In this document: positions 1 to 11,118 of the stretch, piece after piece
Layout of the letters: the number at the start of each line of letters is the position of its first letter
How positions within the stretch are numbered: position 1 is the stretch's first letter
Assembly (NCBI GenBank): GCA_035511075.1
Contig: DATKFW010000032.1
Location: 82,950 to 146,949 of the forward strand
Source of the DNA: Vulcanimicrobiaceae bacterium
Lineage (GTDB): Bacteria > Verrucomicrobiota > Verrucomicrobiia > Limisphaerales > Palsa-1400
Direction: 5' to 3'
Length of the DNA: 64,000 nt
The notes under the pieces: generated by a model
Seen by the model: only the letters and a program-made list of their open reading frames with translations
Told to the model about the DNA's origin: nothing
Database searches by the model: none
Position numbers and translations under genes: made by a program

Positions 1-2
1 TT

Positions 3-623
3 GCCAAGCCGCAGGCGATGAGGATTGGCGGGCTGGTGGTGGGCGCCACTATCGCAGCCGTGCTGTTTTTGGTTTTGCTTTTTTATTTTCTTGTCCAGGG
101 GCCGGAACTGGCCCGCGGCCTTCTGAGCCTGGCGCCGCCGGAATATCGTTCGGCCGTCGCGGCGTTTGCCGGGCAGGCGCATCCGATTCTGCTGCGCTAC
201 ATTCGGGGGCTGCTGATCATTGTGGTTTTTACAGCGTTGGTTGTCTCGATAGGATTGGGAACCATTTTTCACGTCAGGCACGCGGTCCTTTTGGGAATGG
301 CCGCAGGCGTTATGGAATTGCTTCCCATCCTGGGACCGACGACGGCGGCGTTTCTGCTGTTCGGGTCTGTTACGACGCACGGCGGAACGGTATGGACGCT
401 GGCGGGGATGGGCGCATTCTGGTTTGGGCTTCGGCAAACGATCGATCAGGTGGTCGGCCCGATTGTGCTGGGGCGCGCCGTCCGGCTGCCGCCCGTGGCG
501 GTGATATTTGCGTTTCTGGCCGGCGGGGAATTGTTCGGCCTGCTGGGTTTGCTATTGGCCATCCCGGGGGCGGCGCTTTTCAAACTGTTGCTGGACACGT
601 ATTACGCCCTGCCGATCGAGTGA
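3..623 (+). CDS. AI-2E family transporter (PerM-like), C-terminal part; 5' end lies upstream of the window
   Basis: Frame is open from the window edge. Polytopic hydrophobic sequence with LLPILGPTTAAFLLFG and LLLAIPGAALFKLLLD, typical of the C-terminal half of AI-2E/PerM permeases. Confidence 0.75.
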   Translation, partial: AKPQAMRIGGLVVGATIAAVLFLVLLFYFLVQGPELARGLLSLAPPEYRSAVAAFAGQAHPILLRYIRGLLIIVVFTALVVSIGLGTIFHVRHAVLLGMAAGVMELLPILGPTTAAFLLFGSVTTHGGTVWTLAGMGAFWFGLRQTIDQVVGPIVLGRAVRLPPVAVIFAFLAGGELFGLLGLLLAIPGAALFKLLLDTYYALPIE

Positions 624-639
624 CAGCCGCCGAGGCGGT

Positions 640-1410
640 TCACATCCCCATGATTTGATAACCACAATCGACGTAGAGGACCTGTCCGGTGATGGCGGCG
701 GCGCCGTCGCTGGCCAGAAATGTTCCGGTGGCACCCAATTCATCGGGAAGGACGTTTCGCTTCAAAGGAGTGTGGGCCTCGTATTTTTTGAGCATGTCTG
801 AAAAGCCGGAGATGCCGCGAGCGGCCAGGGTGTTGACGGGCCCGGCGCTGATGCAGTTGACGCGAATTCTTTTCGGGCCCAGATCGAAGGCCAGATAGCG
901 CGCGCTGGCCTCCAATGCGGCCTTGGCCACACCCATGACATTGTAATGCGGCACGACTTTTTGCGAGCCGTAATACGTCATGGCGACAATGCTGCCGCCT
1001 TCGCTCATGAGCGGCGCGGCCTCGCGGGCCAGCGCGACCAGCGAATAGGCGCTGACGTCGTGCGCGACGCGGAAAGCCTCGCGTGTGGTGTTGAGGAAGA
1101 TGCCTTCGAGCGACTCCTTCGGAGCGAAGGCAACGGAATGAAGGAGCAAGTGGAGTTTGCCGAATTTATCGCGAACCTGGGCAAACACGCGGGCGATTTC
1201 CTCGTCCCGGGTTACGTCGCACGGCAGAATCAATGTGTCAGGGCCAAAGGACCCCGCCAATTCCGCGACATTTTCCTTAAGGCGTTCGCCCTGATAAGTG
1301 AAGGCCAGCGTGGCGCCCGCGTTGTGCCAGGCCTGGGCGATGGCCCAGGCGATGGAACGCTTGTTGGCGACGCCGGCGACCAATCCGATTTTTCCAGCCA
1401 GCAATGACAT
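640..1410 (-). CDS. fabI: enoyl-[acyl-carrier-protein] reductase (NADH), FabI
   Basis: 256 aa. N-terminus LAGKIGLVAGVANKRSIAWAIA, and the SDR-like FabI signature ...YYGSQKVVPHYNVMGVAKAALEASARYLA... (Tyr/Lys catalytic pair). Confidence 0.9.
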   Translation of the reverse strand: MSLLAGKIGLVAGVANKRSIAWAIAQAWHNAGATLAFTYQGERLKENVAELAGSFGPDTLILPCDVTRDEEIARVFAQVRDKFGKLHLLLHSVAFAPKESLEGIFLNTTREAFRVAHDVSAYSLVALAREAAPLMSEGGSIVAMTYYGSQKVVPHYNVMGVAKAALEASARYLAFDLGPKRIRVNCISAGPVNTLAARGISGFSDMLKKYEAHTPLKRNVLPDELGATGTFLASDGAAAITGQVLYVDCGYQIMGM

Positions 1411-1429
1411 AGCCCTTTAGTATAGTGTC

Positions 1430-4400
1430 TCACTTCCGTAATTTCATCAGCAAATCCTTGCTTTCCACCGTGTCTCCGACTTGCGCCAAAATGGCGTCCA
1501 CCGTGCCGTCCCCGGAGGCATAGAGGGTGCTTTGCATTTTCATGGCCTCCAGTGTGAGCAATTTGTCGCCTTTGCTTACCTTGGTGCCGACGCTGACGGC
1601 CAGCGATGTAATCAGCCCCGGAATGGGCGCGCCCACCTGGAGCGGATCGGCCAGGTCGGCCTTGGGGCGCGTTTTGGCCTTGGCTTGTACGGAGCGGTCG
1701 ACGATGGATGCTTCGCGCGTCATGCCGTTTAACTCGAAAGTCACGGTGCGGCGGCCGTCCTTGTCCACGTCGCCGACGTGGATCAACTTGATGAAAAGGG
1801 TCTTTCCTTCCTCGATGTCCACTGAGATTTCCTCGCCCGGCTTGAGACCGTAGAAAAACGCCGGCGTGGGAAGCACGGCGACATTGCTGTAATCGCGGGT
1901 GAAGCGGACAAATTCCGCGAAGACTTCCGGATACATCAAATGGCGGTACAAATCGTCATCGGTCGCCTCGCGTTTGACTTTGGGGGAAAGCTCCTCCTTG
2001 ATTTTTTTGAGGTTTAACGGCTTGAGTCCGGCGCCGGGGCGGCCGCGAATGGGTTTGCGGTCGCCCAGCACGATTTTTTGGAGTTTCTTGGGCCAGCCGC
2101 CGGTGGGTTGGCCCAGGTTGCCCAAGAGCATGTCAATGACGGAGGCGGGAAACGGAGTGGCACCCGGTTCGAGGTTTAGGACATCGGCTGGGCGGATGCC
2201 GCGCGAAATCAGGAACATCGTCATGTCGCCAACGACTTTGCTGCTTGGGGTGACTTTGACGATGTCGCCAAACAAGGCGTTGACCTCGGCGTAAGTGCGG
2301 GCGATGTCATGCCAGCGATGGGACAGGCCCATGCCGGCGGCCTGCTCTTTGAGATTGGTGTATTGGCCGCCGGGCATTTCGTGCCAATAGACCTCGGCGG
2401 TGCCGCTGCGGGGCGCGGTGTCGAAGGGCGCGTAATAGGCGGCGACATTTTCCCAATATTCGGAAAACTCATTGAGGACCGGCAAATCCAGACCCGTCTG
2501 GCGCGGAGTGTGGTCAAGGGCCGCGACAATCGAGTTGAGATTGGGCTGGCTTGTGGAACCGCTCATGGAGGCGATGGCCAGATCGACGACATCGACTCCG
2601 GCGTCACTGGCTTGGAGGACGGAGGCAGAATTGATGCCGCTTGTGTCGTGCGTGTGGAAATGGATCGGCAGGCCCAATTGCTCTTTGAGGGCCTTTACGA
2701 GCGCCCGGGCGGCGAAAGGCCGGCACAATCCCGCCATGTCCTTGATGCAGAGAAAATGAGCTCCCATCCTTTCCAATTCCTTGCCCAGCTTGATGTAATA
2801 TTTCAGCGAATATTTCGTGCGCGCCGGGTCCAGAATATCGCCGGTGTAGCAAATGGCCGCTTCGCAAACGGCGTGCGTTTCCCGCACGGCCTCCATCGCC
2901 ACCCGGAGGTTGGGCGTGTAATTGAGGGAGTCGAAGATGCGAAAAATGTCGATCCCGGAGGCGGCGGCGTGTTTGACAAATCCGGCCACGACGTTGTCGG
3001 GATAATTGGAATAACCGACGGCGTTGGCGCCGCGAAAGAGCATTTGGAAGCAGATGTTGGGAATGCGTTCCCGCAAGTCCCGCAACCGCGCCCACGGGTC
3101 CTCGTGCAGGAAGCGCATGGCGGTGTCGAATGTCGCCCCGCCCCACATCTCGAGGCTGAAAAACTGCGGCGTCCGGCGCGCCACGGCCGGGGCGATGGCC
3201 AGCATGTCGAAGGAACGGACCCGGGTGGCCAGCAACGATTGATGAGCGTCGCGAAAAGTCGTGTCGGTGATAAGGAGCCGTTTTTGAGCGAGCGTCCATT
3301 GGGCAAATTTCTCGGCGCCCATTTCCAGCAGCAATTGGCGCGTGCCTGGCGGGGGCGCCGCCTTGCGGTCGTGTTGGGGAGGACTGACGGGCACGAAGGG
3401 GGCCTTGAGGCGGTGGCCCTTGGCTTGGGGATTGCCATTGACAATGACATCGCCGAGAAAGGCCAGGAGTTTGGTGGCGCGGTCGCGCCGCGACTTGAAT
3501 TGAAAGAGCTCCGGGGTGGTGTCGATGAGCGTCGTGGTGGCCTGGCCGGAACGGAAAATGGGATTGGCGATGACGTTTTCGAGAAAGGGGATGTTGGTTT
3601 TGACGCCGCGGATGCGAAATTCCCGCAGGGCGCGGTCCACCCGTTGCAGGGCCAGATCGAACGTGCGCCCGTAGCCGGTGATCTTGACCAGCAGAGAGTC
3701 GTAAAACGGTGTGATCACCGCCCCGGCATAACCCATGCCGCCGTCCAGCCGCACGCCGTAGCCGCCTGTGGAACGATAGGTCAAAATCTTTCCGTAATCC
3801 GGGGTGAATTTATTTTCCGGGTCTTCAGTCGTCACCCGCGCCTGAACCGCGTAACCGATGCGCGGGATTTCGTTCTGGGGAGGGAGATTGACTTCCTCGC
3901 CATGCAAATCGTGGCCCTGGGCGATCAGGATTTGCGACCGAACCAGGTCGATGCCGGTAATGACCTCGGTGACCGTATGCTCGACCTGGATGCGCGGGTT
4001 GACCTCGATGAAAAACCAATCGTGTTTGTCCAAGTCGTAAAGGAACTCGACGGTGCCCGCATTATCATACTTGACGGCCCGGGCCATGCTGACGGCCGCA
4101 TCGCATAAATCCTTCCGAACGGCCGGGTCCAAGCCGCAGGAGGGGGCGATCTCGATGACTTTTTGATGCCGCCGCTGGACCGAACAATCGCGCTCGTGCA
4201 AATGGACGGCGTTTCCGTGGCGGTCCCCGAGGATCTGGACTTCGATGTGTTTTGCGCGCGGTATATACTTTTCCAGGAAAACAGACGGATTGCCGAAGGC
4301 GCGCCCCGCCTCGCTTTGGGCTTCGTCAAGCAAATTAGCCAGATCCGAGGCTCGATGCGCCACGCGCATGCCGCGTCCGCCGCCGCCGTAAGCCGCCTTG

Positions 4401-4927
4401 ATGATGAGGGGATATCCGATGTCCTGGGCGATTTTGAGCGCGGCGGTGCGGTCTCCGACCGGCTCCTGGGTGCCCGGGAGGGTGGGGACATTGACTTTTT
4501 TGGCCAGCGCGCGTGCCGCGACCTTGTTGCCCATCAATTCGATTATTTCCGGGCTGGGCCCGACAAACGTGATTCCCGCGGCTGCGCACGCGCGGGCGAA
4601 ATCGGCGTTTTCCGCCAGGAAACCGTAGCCCGGATGGATCAGATCGACTCCCTTCTCCCTGGCCAGCGCGACAATGCCGGGAATATCCAGATAGGCGCTG
4701 ACCGGCCCCATGCCCTGGCCGATCAAATAGGCTTCGTCGGCCTTGAAGCGATGAATGCTCAAGCGGTCTTCCTGCGCGTAAATGGCAACGGTACGCAAGC
4801 CCAGTTCTGAGGCGGCGCGAAAGACGCGAATCGCAATTTCGTTGCGATTGGCGGCCATCAACTTCTTGGCGGGTCGCGGTCGGGCGCCATCAGCGGCGGG
4901 GAGATCAGTGGTGGGCGGGGCGCTCAT
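1430..4927 (-). CDS. pyc: pyruvate carboxylase (single-chain; biotin carboxylase + carboxyltransferase + biotinyl domain)
   Basis: 1165 aa. ATP-grasp biotin carboxylase N-terminus (KKLMAANRNEIAIRVFRAA..), HMGL-like carboxyltransferase (HFHTHDTSG), and C-terminal biotinylation motif LEAMKMQ. Confidence 0.95.
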   Translation of the reverse strand: MSAPPTTDLPAADGARPRPAKKLMAANRNEIAIRVFRAASELGLRTVAIYAQEDRLSIHRFKADEAYLIGQGMGPVSAYLDIPGIVALAREKGVDLIHPGYGFLAENADFARACAAAGITFVGPSPEIIELMGNKVAARALAKKVNVPTLPGTQEPVGDRTAALKIAQDIGYPLIIKAAYGGGGRGMRVAHRASDLANLLDEAQSEAGRAFGNPSVFLEKYIPRAKHIEVQILGDRHGNAVHLHERDCSVQRRHQKVIEIAPSCGLDPAVRKDLCDAAVSMARAVKYDNAGTVEFLYDLDKHDWFFIEVNPRIQVEHTVTEVITGIDLVRSQILIAQGHDLHGEEVNLPPQNEIPRIGYAVQARVTTEDPENKFTPDYGKILTYRSTGGYGVRLDGGMGYAGAVITPFYDSLLVKITGYGRTFDLALQRVDRALREFRIRGVKTNIPFLENVIANPIFRSGQATTTLIDTTPELFQFKSRRDRATKLLAFLGDVIVNGNPQAKGHRLKAPFVPVSPPQHDRKAAPPPGTRQLLLEMGAEKFAQWTLAQKRLLITDTTFRDAHQSLLATRVRSFDMLAIAPAVARRTPQFFSLEMWGGATFDTAMRFLHEDPWARLRDLRERIPNICFQMLFRGANAVGYSNYPDNVVAGFVKHAAASGIDIFRIFDSLNYTPNLRVAMEAVRETHAVCEAAICYTGDILDPARTKYSLKYYIKLGKELERMGAHFLCIKDMAGLCRPFAARALVKALKEQLGLPIHFHTHDTSGINSASVLQASDAGVDVVDLAIASMSGSTSQPNLNSIVAALDHTPRQTGLDLPVLNEFSEYWENVAAYYAPFDTAPRSGTAEVYWHEMPGGQYTNLKEQAAGMGLSHRWHDIARTYAEVNALFGDIVKVTPSSKVVGDMTMFLISRGIRPADVLNLEPGATPFPASVIDMLLGNLGQPTGGWPKKLQKIVLGDRKPIRGRPGAGLKPLNLKKIKEELSPKVKREATDDDLYRHLMYPEVFAEFVRFTRDYSNVAVLPTPAFFYGLKPGEEISVDIEEGKTLFIKLIHVGDVDKDGRRTVTFELNGMTREASIVDRSVQAKAKTRPKADLADPLQVGAPIPGLITSLAVSVGTKVSKGDKLLTLEAMKMQSTLYASGDGTVDAILAQVGDTVESKDLLMKLRK

Positions 4928-5037
4928 AACAATGCGGGGTGGTTATACTGGCGTGCGGGCCGACTTCAAAGACTAAAATTGGCGCAACCTTGATTTAGCG
5001 TTGGTGTTAATCCCAAGGGCGATTATAATTGAATACG

Positions 5038-5637
5038 ATGAAATACAAAGCAACGGCGGGGTTGCTTGGGTGCCTTATAGTTCTGGCCGGAGGATGGCCT
5101 ATGGCCGGTGCCGAGCCCGATGTCGAATCCAATCCGTATGCAGTCATCAGCGAGCGGAACGTGTTCCATTTGAACCCGCCCCCGCCGCCTCCGGCGCCGG
5201 ACGCGCCGAAGGTGGAGTTGCCTGAGATCAAGCTTTCCGGCTTTCTTAGAATCGGAAACACGGCACACGCCCTGTTTTCCTACAGCCCAAAGGACAAGAA
5301 GGAGGCGCCGATCTATTACGATCTGGCCAATGGGGAGAAGGAGGGAATACTCGAGGTGGTCAAGATTCACGAGGACAGGGGCGAGGTGGAGATTATTGAC
5401 AGCGGCACGCCTCTCACGCTGTCCCTGAAAAACGACACGCTTGAACCCAAGGAAACGGTTGCCAACAAAGGCACGCCGGGCGAAGCCGAAGCCCCACGGG
5501 GCGGCAAGTTTCCGGGCGGCCGGGATCATGTGCCCGGCCGGGCCGCGTACCGATTCCCGACTCCCGGCGAGGGTCACGGGGGCGGCGGCGCGCTTGGTTT
5601 TCCCCTGCCCGCGCGGCGAACACGAGTTCCGGAATGA
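5038..5637 (+). CDS. hypothetical secreted protein
   Basis: ATG at 5038 gives a signal-like N-terminus, MKYKATAGLLGCLIVLAGGWPMAGA, followed by a Pro-rich linker (PPPPPPAP). No recognisable family. The ORF track starts it at a TTG at 5029. Confidence 0.5.
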   Translation: MKYKATAGLLGCLIVLAGGWPMAGAEPDVESNPYAVISERNVFHLNPPPPPPAPDAPKVELPEIKLSGFLRIGNTAHALFSYSPKDKKEAPIYYDLANGEKEGILEVVKIHEDRGEVEIIDSGTPLTLSLKNDTLEPKETVANKGTPGEAEAPRGGKFPGGRDHVPGRAAYRFPTPGEGHGGGGALGFPLPARRTRVPE

Positions 5638-5803
5638 CTGCTATTTAAGACGCAACGGAGCATCGGGCGGGCCTGACACGGGTTATTGCATGGGGGCGCT
5701 TCCCCCGAAAGCGGAGGTTGTTACCCCATTCCCCCCGAAGTTCGCCGCCGCGTAGCATCACGACGAACGCTCATAATTCGATATTAATGAAAAAGCACTC
5801 GCA

Positions 5804-6970
5804 GTGAAAAAGGAAATCCGCATTCTGATGGTGGAGGACGAAGCGGCGGACGCCGAATTGTCGCGGCTGGCGTTGCGCAAGGGGGGATTTCATTTTTCCC
5901 TGGTCCGCGTGCAGACGGAGGCAGATTACGCGCGCGAGCTTGACCAACGCCGGCCGGATGTGATTTTGTCGGACTATTCGCTGCCGAGTTTCAACGGGCA
6001 CGCCGCGTTGCGAATCGCGCAGGAGAAATGCCCGGAGGTGCCGTTTATTTTCGTGACCGGCACGATGGGGGAGGAAGTGGCCATCGAAACCTTGAAAAAC
6101 GGCGCGACCGATTATGTGTTGAAAACGCGGCTGACGCGGCTGGTGCCGGCGCTCCAGCGCGCATTGCGCGAGGCGCAGGAACGGGTGGACCGCCAACGGG
6201 CGGAGGTCCAATTGCGCGAGTCGCACAAGCAACTTCGCGCCCTTTCGGTCTATCTCCAGCACGTTCGCGAGGAGGAGCGCACGCGCATCGCGCGGGAAGT
6301 CCACGACGAATTGGGCCAGGCGCTGACCAGTTGCAAGCTGGATGTTTCATGGATGGCGCACCACTTGGCGCGCGGCCAAAAGGAACTGCGCCTGAAAGCC
6401 AAAGGGCTGTCCGCCCATATTGATTCGACGATCCAAACGGTGCGCCGGATTTCCACAGAATTACGACCGGGCATACTGGATCACTTGGGATTGGCGGCGG
6501 CGTTGGAATGGCAGGCCAATGAATTTGAATTGCGCACGGGAATCCGTTGCGACGTTTCGGCTAGTCTCCAGGAGTCCGGGCTGGATCCGGAGCTCACGAC
6601 GGCCTTTTTTCGGATCTTCCAGGAAACGCTCACGAATGTGATCCGGCACGCCGCCGCCACATGGGTCAAAGTCCGGTTGAAGGAGGAGGCGTCGCGGGTT
6701 ATTCTGGAGGTCAGGGACAATGGCCGCGGGATTGCCCGCGATGAAATCAGCGATCCCAGGTCGATGGGTTTGCTGGGAATGCGGGAACGGGCTGCGTTGC
6801 TGGGAGGAGATTTCAGCATCCGGCCCATGCGCGCCGGCAAGGGAACCAGGGCTTGCGTCGCCATTCCGCGGCGCCAGCAAACGATTCAGAGATCATCAAA
6901 CGATGAAGATACTCTTGGCAGACGATCACGCCGTGGTGAGGCACGGATTAAAACAAATTCTCACCGATGA
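5804..6970 (+). CDS. receiver-first cytoplasmic histidine kinase (REC + HisKA_3 + HATPase_c, NarX/DesK-type)
   Basis: GTG start. Receiver (..DVILSDYSLP..), H-box REVHDELGQ, ATPase G-boxes (DNGRGI, GLLGMRERAALLGG). No TM or sensor domain. The 3' end overlaps the next gene by 68 nt. Confidence 0.85.
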   Translation: MKKEIRILMVEDEAADAELSRLALRKGGFHFSLVRVQTEADYARELDQRRPDVILSDYSLPSFNGHAALRIAQEKCPEVPFIFVTGTMGEEVAIETLKNGATDYVLKTRLTRLVPALQRALREAQERVDRQRAEVQLRESHKQLRALSVYLQHVREEERTRIAREVHDELGQALTSCKLDVSWMAHHLARGQKELRLKAKGLSAHIDSTIQTVRRISTELRPGILDHLGLAAALEWQANEFELRTGIRCDVSASLQESGLDPELTTAFFRIFQETLTNVIRHAAATWVKVRLKEEASRVILEVRDNGRGIARDEISDPRSMGLLGMRERAALLGGDFSIRPMRAGKGTRACVAIPRRQQTIQRSSNDEDTLGRRSRRGEARIKTNSHR

Positions 6971-7529
6971 ATTCAAGCGGGCGAGCTTCGGGGAGGCCCG
7001 CAATGCCGCGGAGGCGCTGGACCTGGTCTGGAAACAGGATTGGGACGTCGTGGTCCTGGACATCACGATGCCGGGGCGAAGCGGATTGGACGCATTGCGG
7101 GAGATCAGGAAATCGAAGCCGCGCCTGCCGGTGCTGGTGTTGAGCATGCATCCGGAAAATCAATTCGCGGTGCGCGTGCTCAAGGCGGGCGCTTCCGGCT
7201 ACATGACCAAGGAGAGCGCGCCGGAGCAGTTGGTTGACGCTGTCAAGAAGGTGCTTGGCGGGGGCCGATATGTCAGCGCCGCGCTGGGAGAAACGCTGGC
7301 GGCCTCCCTTTCCAACAGCCACCGGGCGCCGCAGGAGAAACTTTCCGATCGGGAGTTTCAAGTCCTCCGCCTGATTGCCTCGGGGAAGATGGCCACGGAG
7401 ATCGCCAAGGAATTGTCTCTGAGCGTCAAGACGATCAGCACGTATCGCGCTCGCATCCTGGAAAAAATGGGGATGAAGAACAATGCCGAATTGATGCACT
7501 ACGCCATCCAGCACCGGCTGGTCGAGTAG
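6903..7529 (+). CDS. NarL/FixJ (LuxR-type HTH) response regulator
   Basis: Internal ATG at 6903 gives MKILLADDHAVVRHGLKQIL (receiver). C-terminal LuxR HTH: LSDREFQVLRLIASGKMATEIAKELSLSVKTISTYRARILEKM. Confidence 0.9.
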   Translation: MKILLADDHAVVRHGLKQILTDEFKRASFGEARNAAEALDLVWKQDWDVVVLDITMPGRSGLDALREIRKSKPRLPVLVLSMHPENQFAVRVLKAGASGYMTKESAPEQLVDAVKKVLGGGRYVSAALGETLAASLSNSHRAPQEKLSDREFQVLRLIASGKMATEIAKELSLSVKTISTYRARILEKMGMKNNAELMHYAIQHRLVE

Positions 7530-7559
7530 TGACCGGCAAGGGTTGGACCTCGCGGCGTA

Positions 7560-8816
7560 CTAGGACTCCTTAAATCCTGAATCGTCATTTGTTTTCGGTT
7601 CGGCGAGATTAGGCAGGAACCCGGCCAACAGGCCTATGAGCGGGAGGAACGCGCACACTTTGTAAACAAATTCGATGCTGGTCATGTCGGCCAGGCGCCC
7701 CAGAACGGCTGACCCCAGGCCACCCATTCCAAATGCCAGGCCGAAGAACAAGCCGGCGATCATACCGACTTTGCCGGGCACCAGTTCCTGGGCGTAAACC
7801 AAAATGGCTGTGAAGGCCGAAGACAAAATAAGTCCGATCACGACTGACAGAATCGCCGTCCAGAACAACCCAACGTGCGGCAGCAGCAACGTAAAGGGCG
7901 CCACTCCGAGAATCGACGCCCAGATGACGTACTTGCGTCCAATCCGGTCTCCGATCGGTCCGCCAATGAACGTTCCGGCGGCGACGGAGAAGAGGAACAG
8001 GAAAAGGTAAAGCTGGGCGCTTCGGATCGAGACGTGGAATTTGGCGATCAGATAGAAGGTGTAGTAGCTGCTGAGACTGGACAAATAAAAGTATTTGGAA
8101 AAAATCAGGATGACCAAAATCGCAATCGACAGGGCCACCTTGCGCCGCGACAACGAGATCTGGCCGTGTCGCGCCACTTTGCGCGGCCGCGGTTTCAGGC
8201 GGAAGGTGTTTTTCTTGTACCAATGTCCAATGTTCCACAAAACCACGATGGCCAGGACGGCAGCGGCCGAAAACCACAATACGCGGGCCTGGGCGTGTTC
8301 ACCCACGACGATTAGCGCGGCCATCAGCGGCCCCAACGAACTGCCGGTGTTGCCCCCGACCTGAAAAACCGCCTGGGCAAAACCGTGCCGGACGCCCGCC
8401 GCCATATACGCCATACGCGACGCCTCGGGATGGAAGATCGACGAGCCCATTCCGACCAGCGCCACCGACACCAGCAGCATGGGAAAACTGCCGGCCATCG
8501 AGAGGAGCACCAATCCGCATAACGTAAAGCACATGCCGATTGCCAGGGAATACGGATGCGGCCGGCGGTCGGTGTAGAATCCGACGACGGGTTGCAGCAG
8601 CGACGCGGTCATTTGGAAAGTCAAGGTGATGAGTCCGACCTGCGTGTAATCGAGGTGGAATGTTTGTTTTACAACCGGATAGATTGCGGAAATGAGCGAC
8701 TGAATCGTGTCGTTGAGCAAATGACAAAAGCTGATGGCCAGGAGAACGGACATGACTGTCCGCTCCGCGATCTCCCTGGCGGCGGCTTCGGGCGCCGCGG
8801 TTGGTTCCGCACGCAT
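7560..8816 (-). CDS. fsr: MFS transporter, Fsr (fosmidomycin-resistance) family
   Basis: 418 aa with 12 predicted TM helices. Long colinear similarity to E. coli Fsr as I recall it ([16 protein letters not shown]..., [54 protein letters not shown]). Confidence 0.8.
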   Translation of the reverse strand: MRAEPTAAPEAAAREIAERTVMSVLLAISFCHLLNDTIQSLISAIYPVVKQTFHLDYTQVGLITLTFQMTASLLQPVVGFYTDRRPHPYSLAIGMCFTLCGLVLLSMAGSFPMLLVSVALVGMGSSIFHPEASRMAYMAAGVRHGFAQAVFQVGGNTGSSLGPLMAALIVVGEHAQARVLWFSAAAVLAIVVLWNIGHWYKKNTFRLKPRPRKVARHGQISLSRRKVALSIAILVILIFSKYFYLSSLSSYYTFYLIAKFHVSIRSAQLYLFLFLFSVAAGTFIGGPIGDRIGRKYVIWASILGVAPFTLLLPHVGLFWTAILSVVIGLILSSAFTAILVYAQELVPGKVGMIAGLFFGLAFGMGGLGSAVLGRLADMTSIEFVYKVCAFLPLIGLLAGFLPNLAEPKTNDDSGFKES

Positions 8817-8890
8817 TCGGTCATTGTAAGATAAAATCAGCGCCGACGCAAAAATGTTGCGCCGCCAAGTGCCGGCGGTATGTTGCCGCG

Positions 8891-10960
8891 ATGCCGGCTT
8901 TGCCCGTTCATACGAACCGTTTGGCGCGCGAGAAATCGCCCTACTTGTTGCAGCATCAACATAACCCGGTGGATTGGTTTGCCTGGGGGCAGGAGGCCTT
9001 CGCCAAGGCGCGCCAGGAGAACAAGCCGATCTTTCTGAGCATCGGCTACTCCACCTGCCATTGGTGCCACGTCATGGAGCGGGAATCGTTCGAGGACCCG
9101 AAGATCGCCGATTTCCTCAACGCCCATTTTATCAGCATCAAGGTGGACCGGGAGGAGCGGCCGGACGTGGACAAAATATATATGACGGCAGTGCAGGCAC
9201 TGGCCAGGCAGGGCGGCTGGCCGCTGAACTGCTTTCTGACGCCGGAGCTGAAGCCCTTTTACGGGGGGACGTATTTCCCGCCGGAGAACAAACATGGCAT
9301 GGCCAGTTTCATCGAGGTGCTGCGGCGAATCGCGCAGCTTTGGGAGGATCGGCGCGACAAGATACTGGAGACCGCAAGCGATTTTCATCGTCAGCTTGCG
9401 ATGGTCGCCGCGCGGGAGGTCGGCAATCCGATACTGTCGCCGGCATTGCTCGAAAATGCCGCCGGCGTTTTCAAGCAGGAATACGATCCGGAGTTCGGCG
9501 GGTTTGGCGGCGCGCCAAAATTTCCGCGGCCGAGCCAACCCATGTTCCTGTTGGGCCAGGCTGCGCGCTGGAAAGACGGCGAAGGACTCAAAATGGTGCT
9601 CCACACGTGCGAGCGGATGGCGTCGGGCGGGATTTACGACCATCTCGGGGGCGGATTTGCGCGGTATTCGGTGGACGCGCAATGGCTGGTGCCGCATTTC
9701 GAGAAGATGCTCTACGATAACGCGCAACTGCTGAATCTTTACCTGGACGCCTGGCTGGTGAGCGGCAATCCGCGCCACGCCGAAACCGCGCGCGGCATTA
9801 TTCAATATGTCCTTCGCGATATGACGCATCCCGGAGGCGGGTTTTATTCCGCCGAGGACGCGGACAGCGAAGGCAAGGAAGGAAAGTTCTATTGCTGGAC
9901 GGCGGCGGAGCTTTCCCGGCTATTGACGCCGGCGGAGGCCAAGATCGCTGTGCGTTATTTCGGCGTGACGGAGCAGGGCAATTTCATCGATCACAGCGAC
10001 CCCGATCCGCTGCCAAACCAGAATGTCCTGAGCATCGCCGACCCGAATTTGACGCCGGATGAGGAAAAAATTCTGGAATCGGCGAGGTCTAAAATGTTTG
10101 AAGCGCGCGGCAAACGCGTGCGTCCCCATTTGGACGATAAGGTGCTGGCCTCGTGGAACGGGATGATGCTGGGGGCGCTGGCCCGGGCCTATTCGGTGCT
10201 TGGCGACCCGGCATACCGGGTTGCCGCGGAGAGGAACGCGGCATTTTTGCGCGAGCAACTTTGGGACGAAAAAAGCCACACATTATATCACCGGTGGAGG
10301 GAGGGCCAACGGGATTCGGTGCAGTTGCTGTCCGCCTATGCCAATCTCTGCGCGGGAAGCATCGATCTCTACGAGGCCACGCTGGAGTCCGCGCATCTGG
10401 ATTTCGCCATCGCCCTGGCCGAGGCGATGCTGGCGAAGTTTTACGACGGGGCCAATGGCGGTTTTTACGACAGCGCCGCCGGCGAGGGCGAGTTGATTCT
10501 GCGCTTAAAGGATGATTATGACGGCGCGGAGCCGGCGGGCAATTCAGTCGCGGTGTTGGCGTTGCTTCGTCTGGCGGAGATTTCCGGCCGCGAGGAATTT
10601 GCGGTGGCGGCGAAAAAGACGTTGCAACTCCTGGCGCCGCGTTTGCACGACCTGCCGCAGGCGGCGCCGCACCTGTTGATCGGGCTGGCATTTTTCCTGG
10701 GCGGCACGAAACGGGCCGTTGTCGCCGGCGATCCGAAGCGCTCCGAAACCAGGGCGCTGCTGCGGGCGATTCATGCGGTCTACCAGCCGAACAAGGTTGT
10801 GCTGGGCAATAGGGGAGCCGTTGAACCGTTCGCAAGGACGCTGGCGGCCGGGAACGGGCCCGTTGTTTTTCTATGCACTGAAAACGCCTGTCAGGCGCCG
10901 GCGTCCGACCCGGAGTCTGTCAAGAATCTTATTGCCGAAGTTGCAGGAGGACAATGGTAG
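8891..10960 (+). CDS. thioredoxin-domain protein of the DUF255/YyaL family (thioredoxin-like N-domain + six-hairpin domain)
   Basis: ATG at 8891 gives [37 protein letters not shown]...[13 protein letters not shown], the conserved YyaL N-terminus. The upstream 30 codons of the listed ORF overlap the divergent fsr start. Confidence 0.85.
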   Translation: MPALPVHTNRLAREKSPYLLQHQHNPVDWFAWGQEAFAKARQENKPIFLSIGYSTCHWCHVMERESFEDPKIADFLNAHFISIKVDREERPDVDKIYMTAVQALARQGGWPLNCFLTPELKPFYGGTYFPPENKHGMASFIEVLRRIAQLWEDRRDKILETASDFHRQLAMVAAREVGNPILSPALLENAAGVFKQEYDPEFGGFGGAPKFPRPSQPMFLLGQAARWKDGEGLKMVLHTCERMASGGIYDHLGGGFARYSVDAQWLVPHFEKMLYDNAQLLNLYLDAWLVSGNPRHAETARGIIQYVLRDMTHPGGGFYSAEDADSEGKEGKFYCWTAAELSRLLTPAEAKIAVRYFGVTEQGNFIDHSDPDPLPNQNVLSIADPNLTPDEEKILESARSKMFEARGKRVRPHLDDKVLASWNGMMLGALARAYSVLGDPAYRVAAERNAAFLREQLWDEKSHTLYHRWREGQRDSVQLLSAYANLCAGSIDLYEATLESAHLDFAIALAEAMLAKFYDGANGGFYDSAAGEGELILRLKDDYDGAEPAGNSVAVLALLRLAEISGREEFAVAAKKTLQLLAPRLHDLPQAAPHLLIGLAFFLGGTKRAVVAGDPKRSETRALLRAIHAVYQPNKVVLGNRGAVEPFARTLAAGNGPVVFLCTENACQAPASDPESVKNLIAEVAGGQW

Positions 10961-11118
10961 ATCTTCTTTCCGGCTTCGTGACCTTTGCGACCTTTGTGCG
11001 TAACCGAATCATCTCCGAAGAAAATTGAATGCACTGGGCTACGGCGGACCCGGAAAGGCAGCCAGTCGGTAACTTTGATTGATCGTCGGCCAATCTATGG
11101 TAGAACTGGAGCCGAACC

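Noticed and set aside
2309-4108. 599-aa plus-strand ORF, one of many long ORFs antisense to pyc
   Set aside because: Arg/Gly/Ala-rich and low complexity with no motifs. It lies entirely antisense to an unmistakable pyruvate carboxylase gene, so it is a typical shadow ORF of high-G+C DNA.
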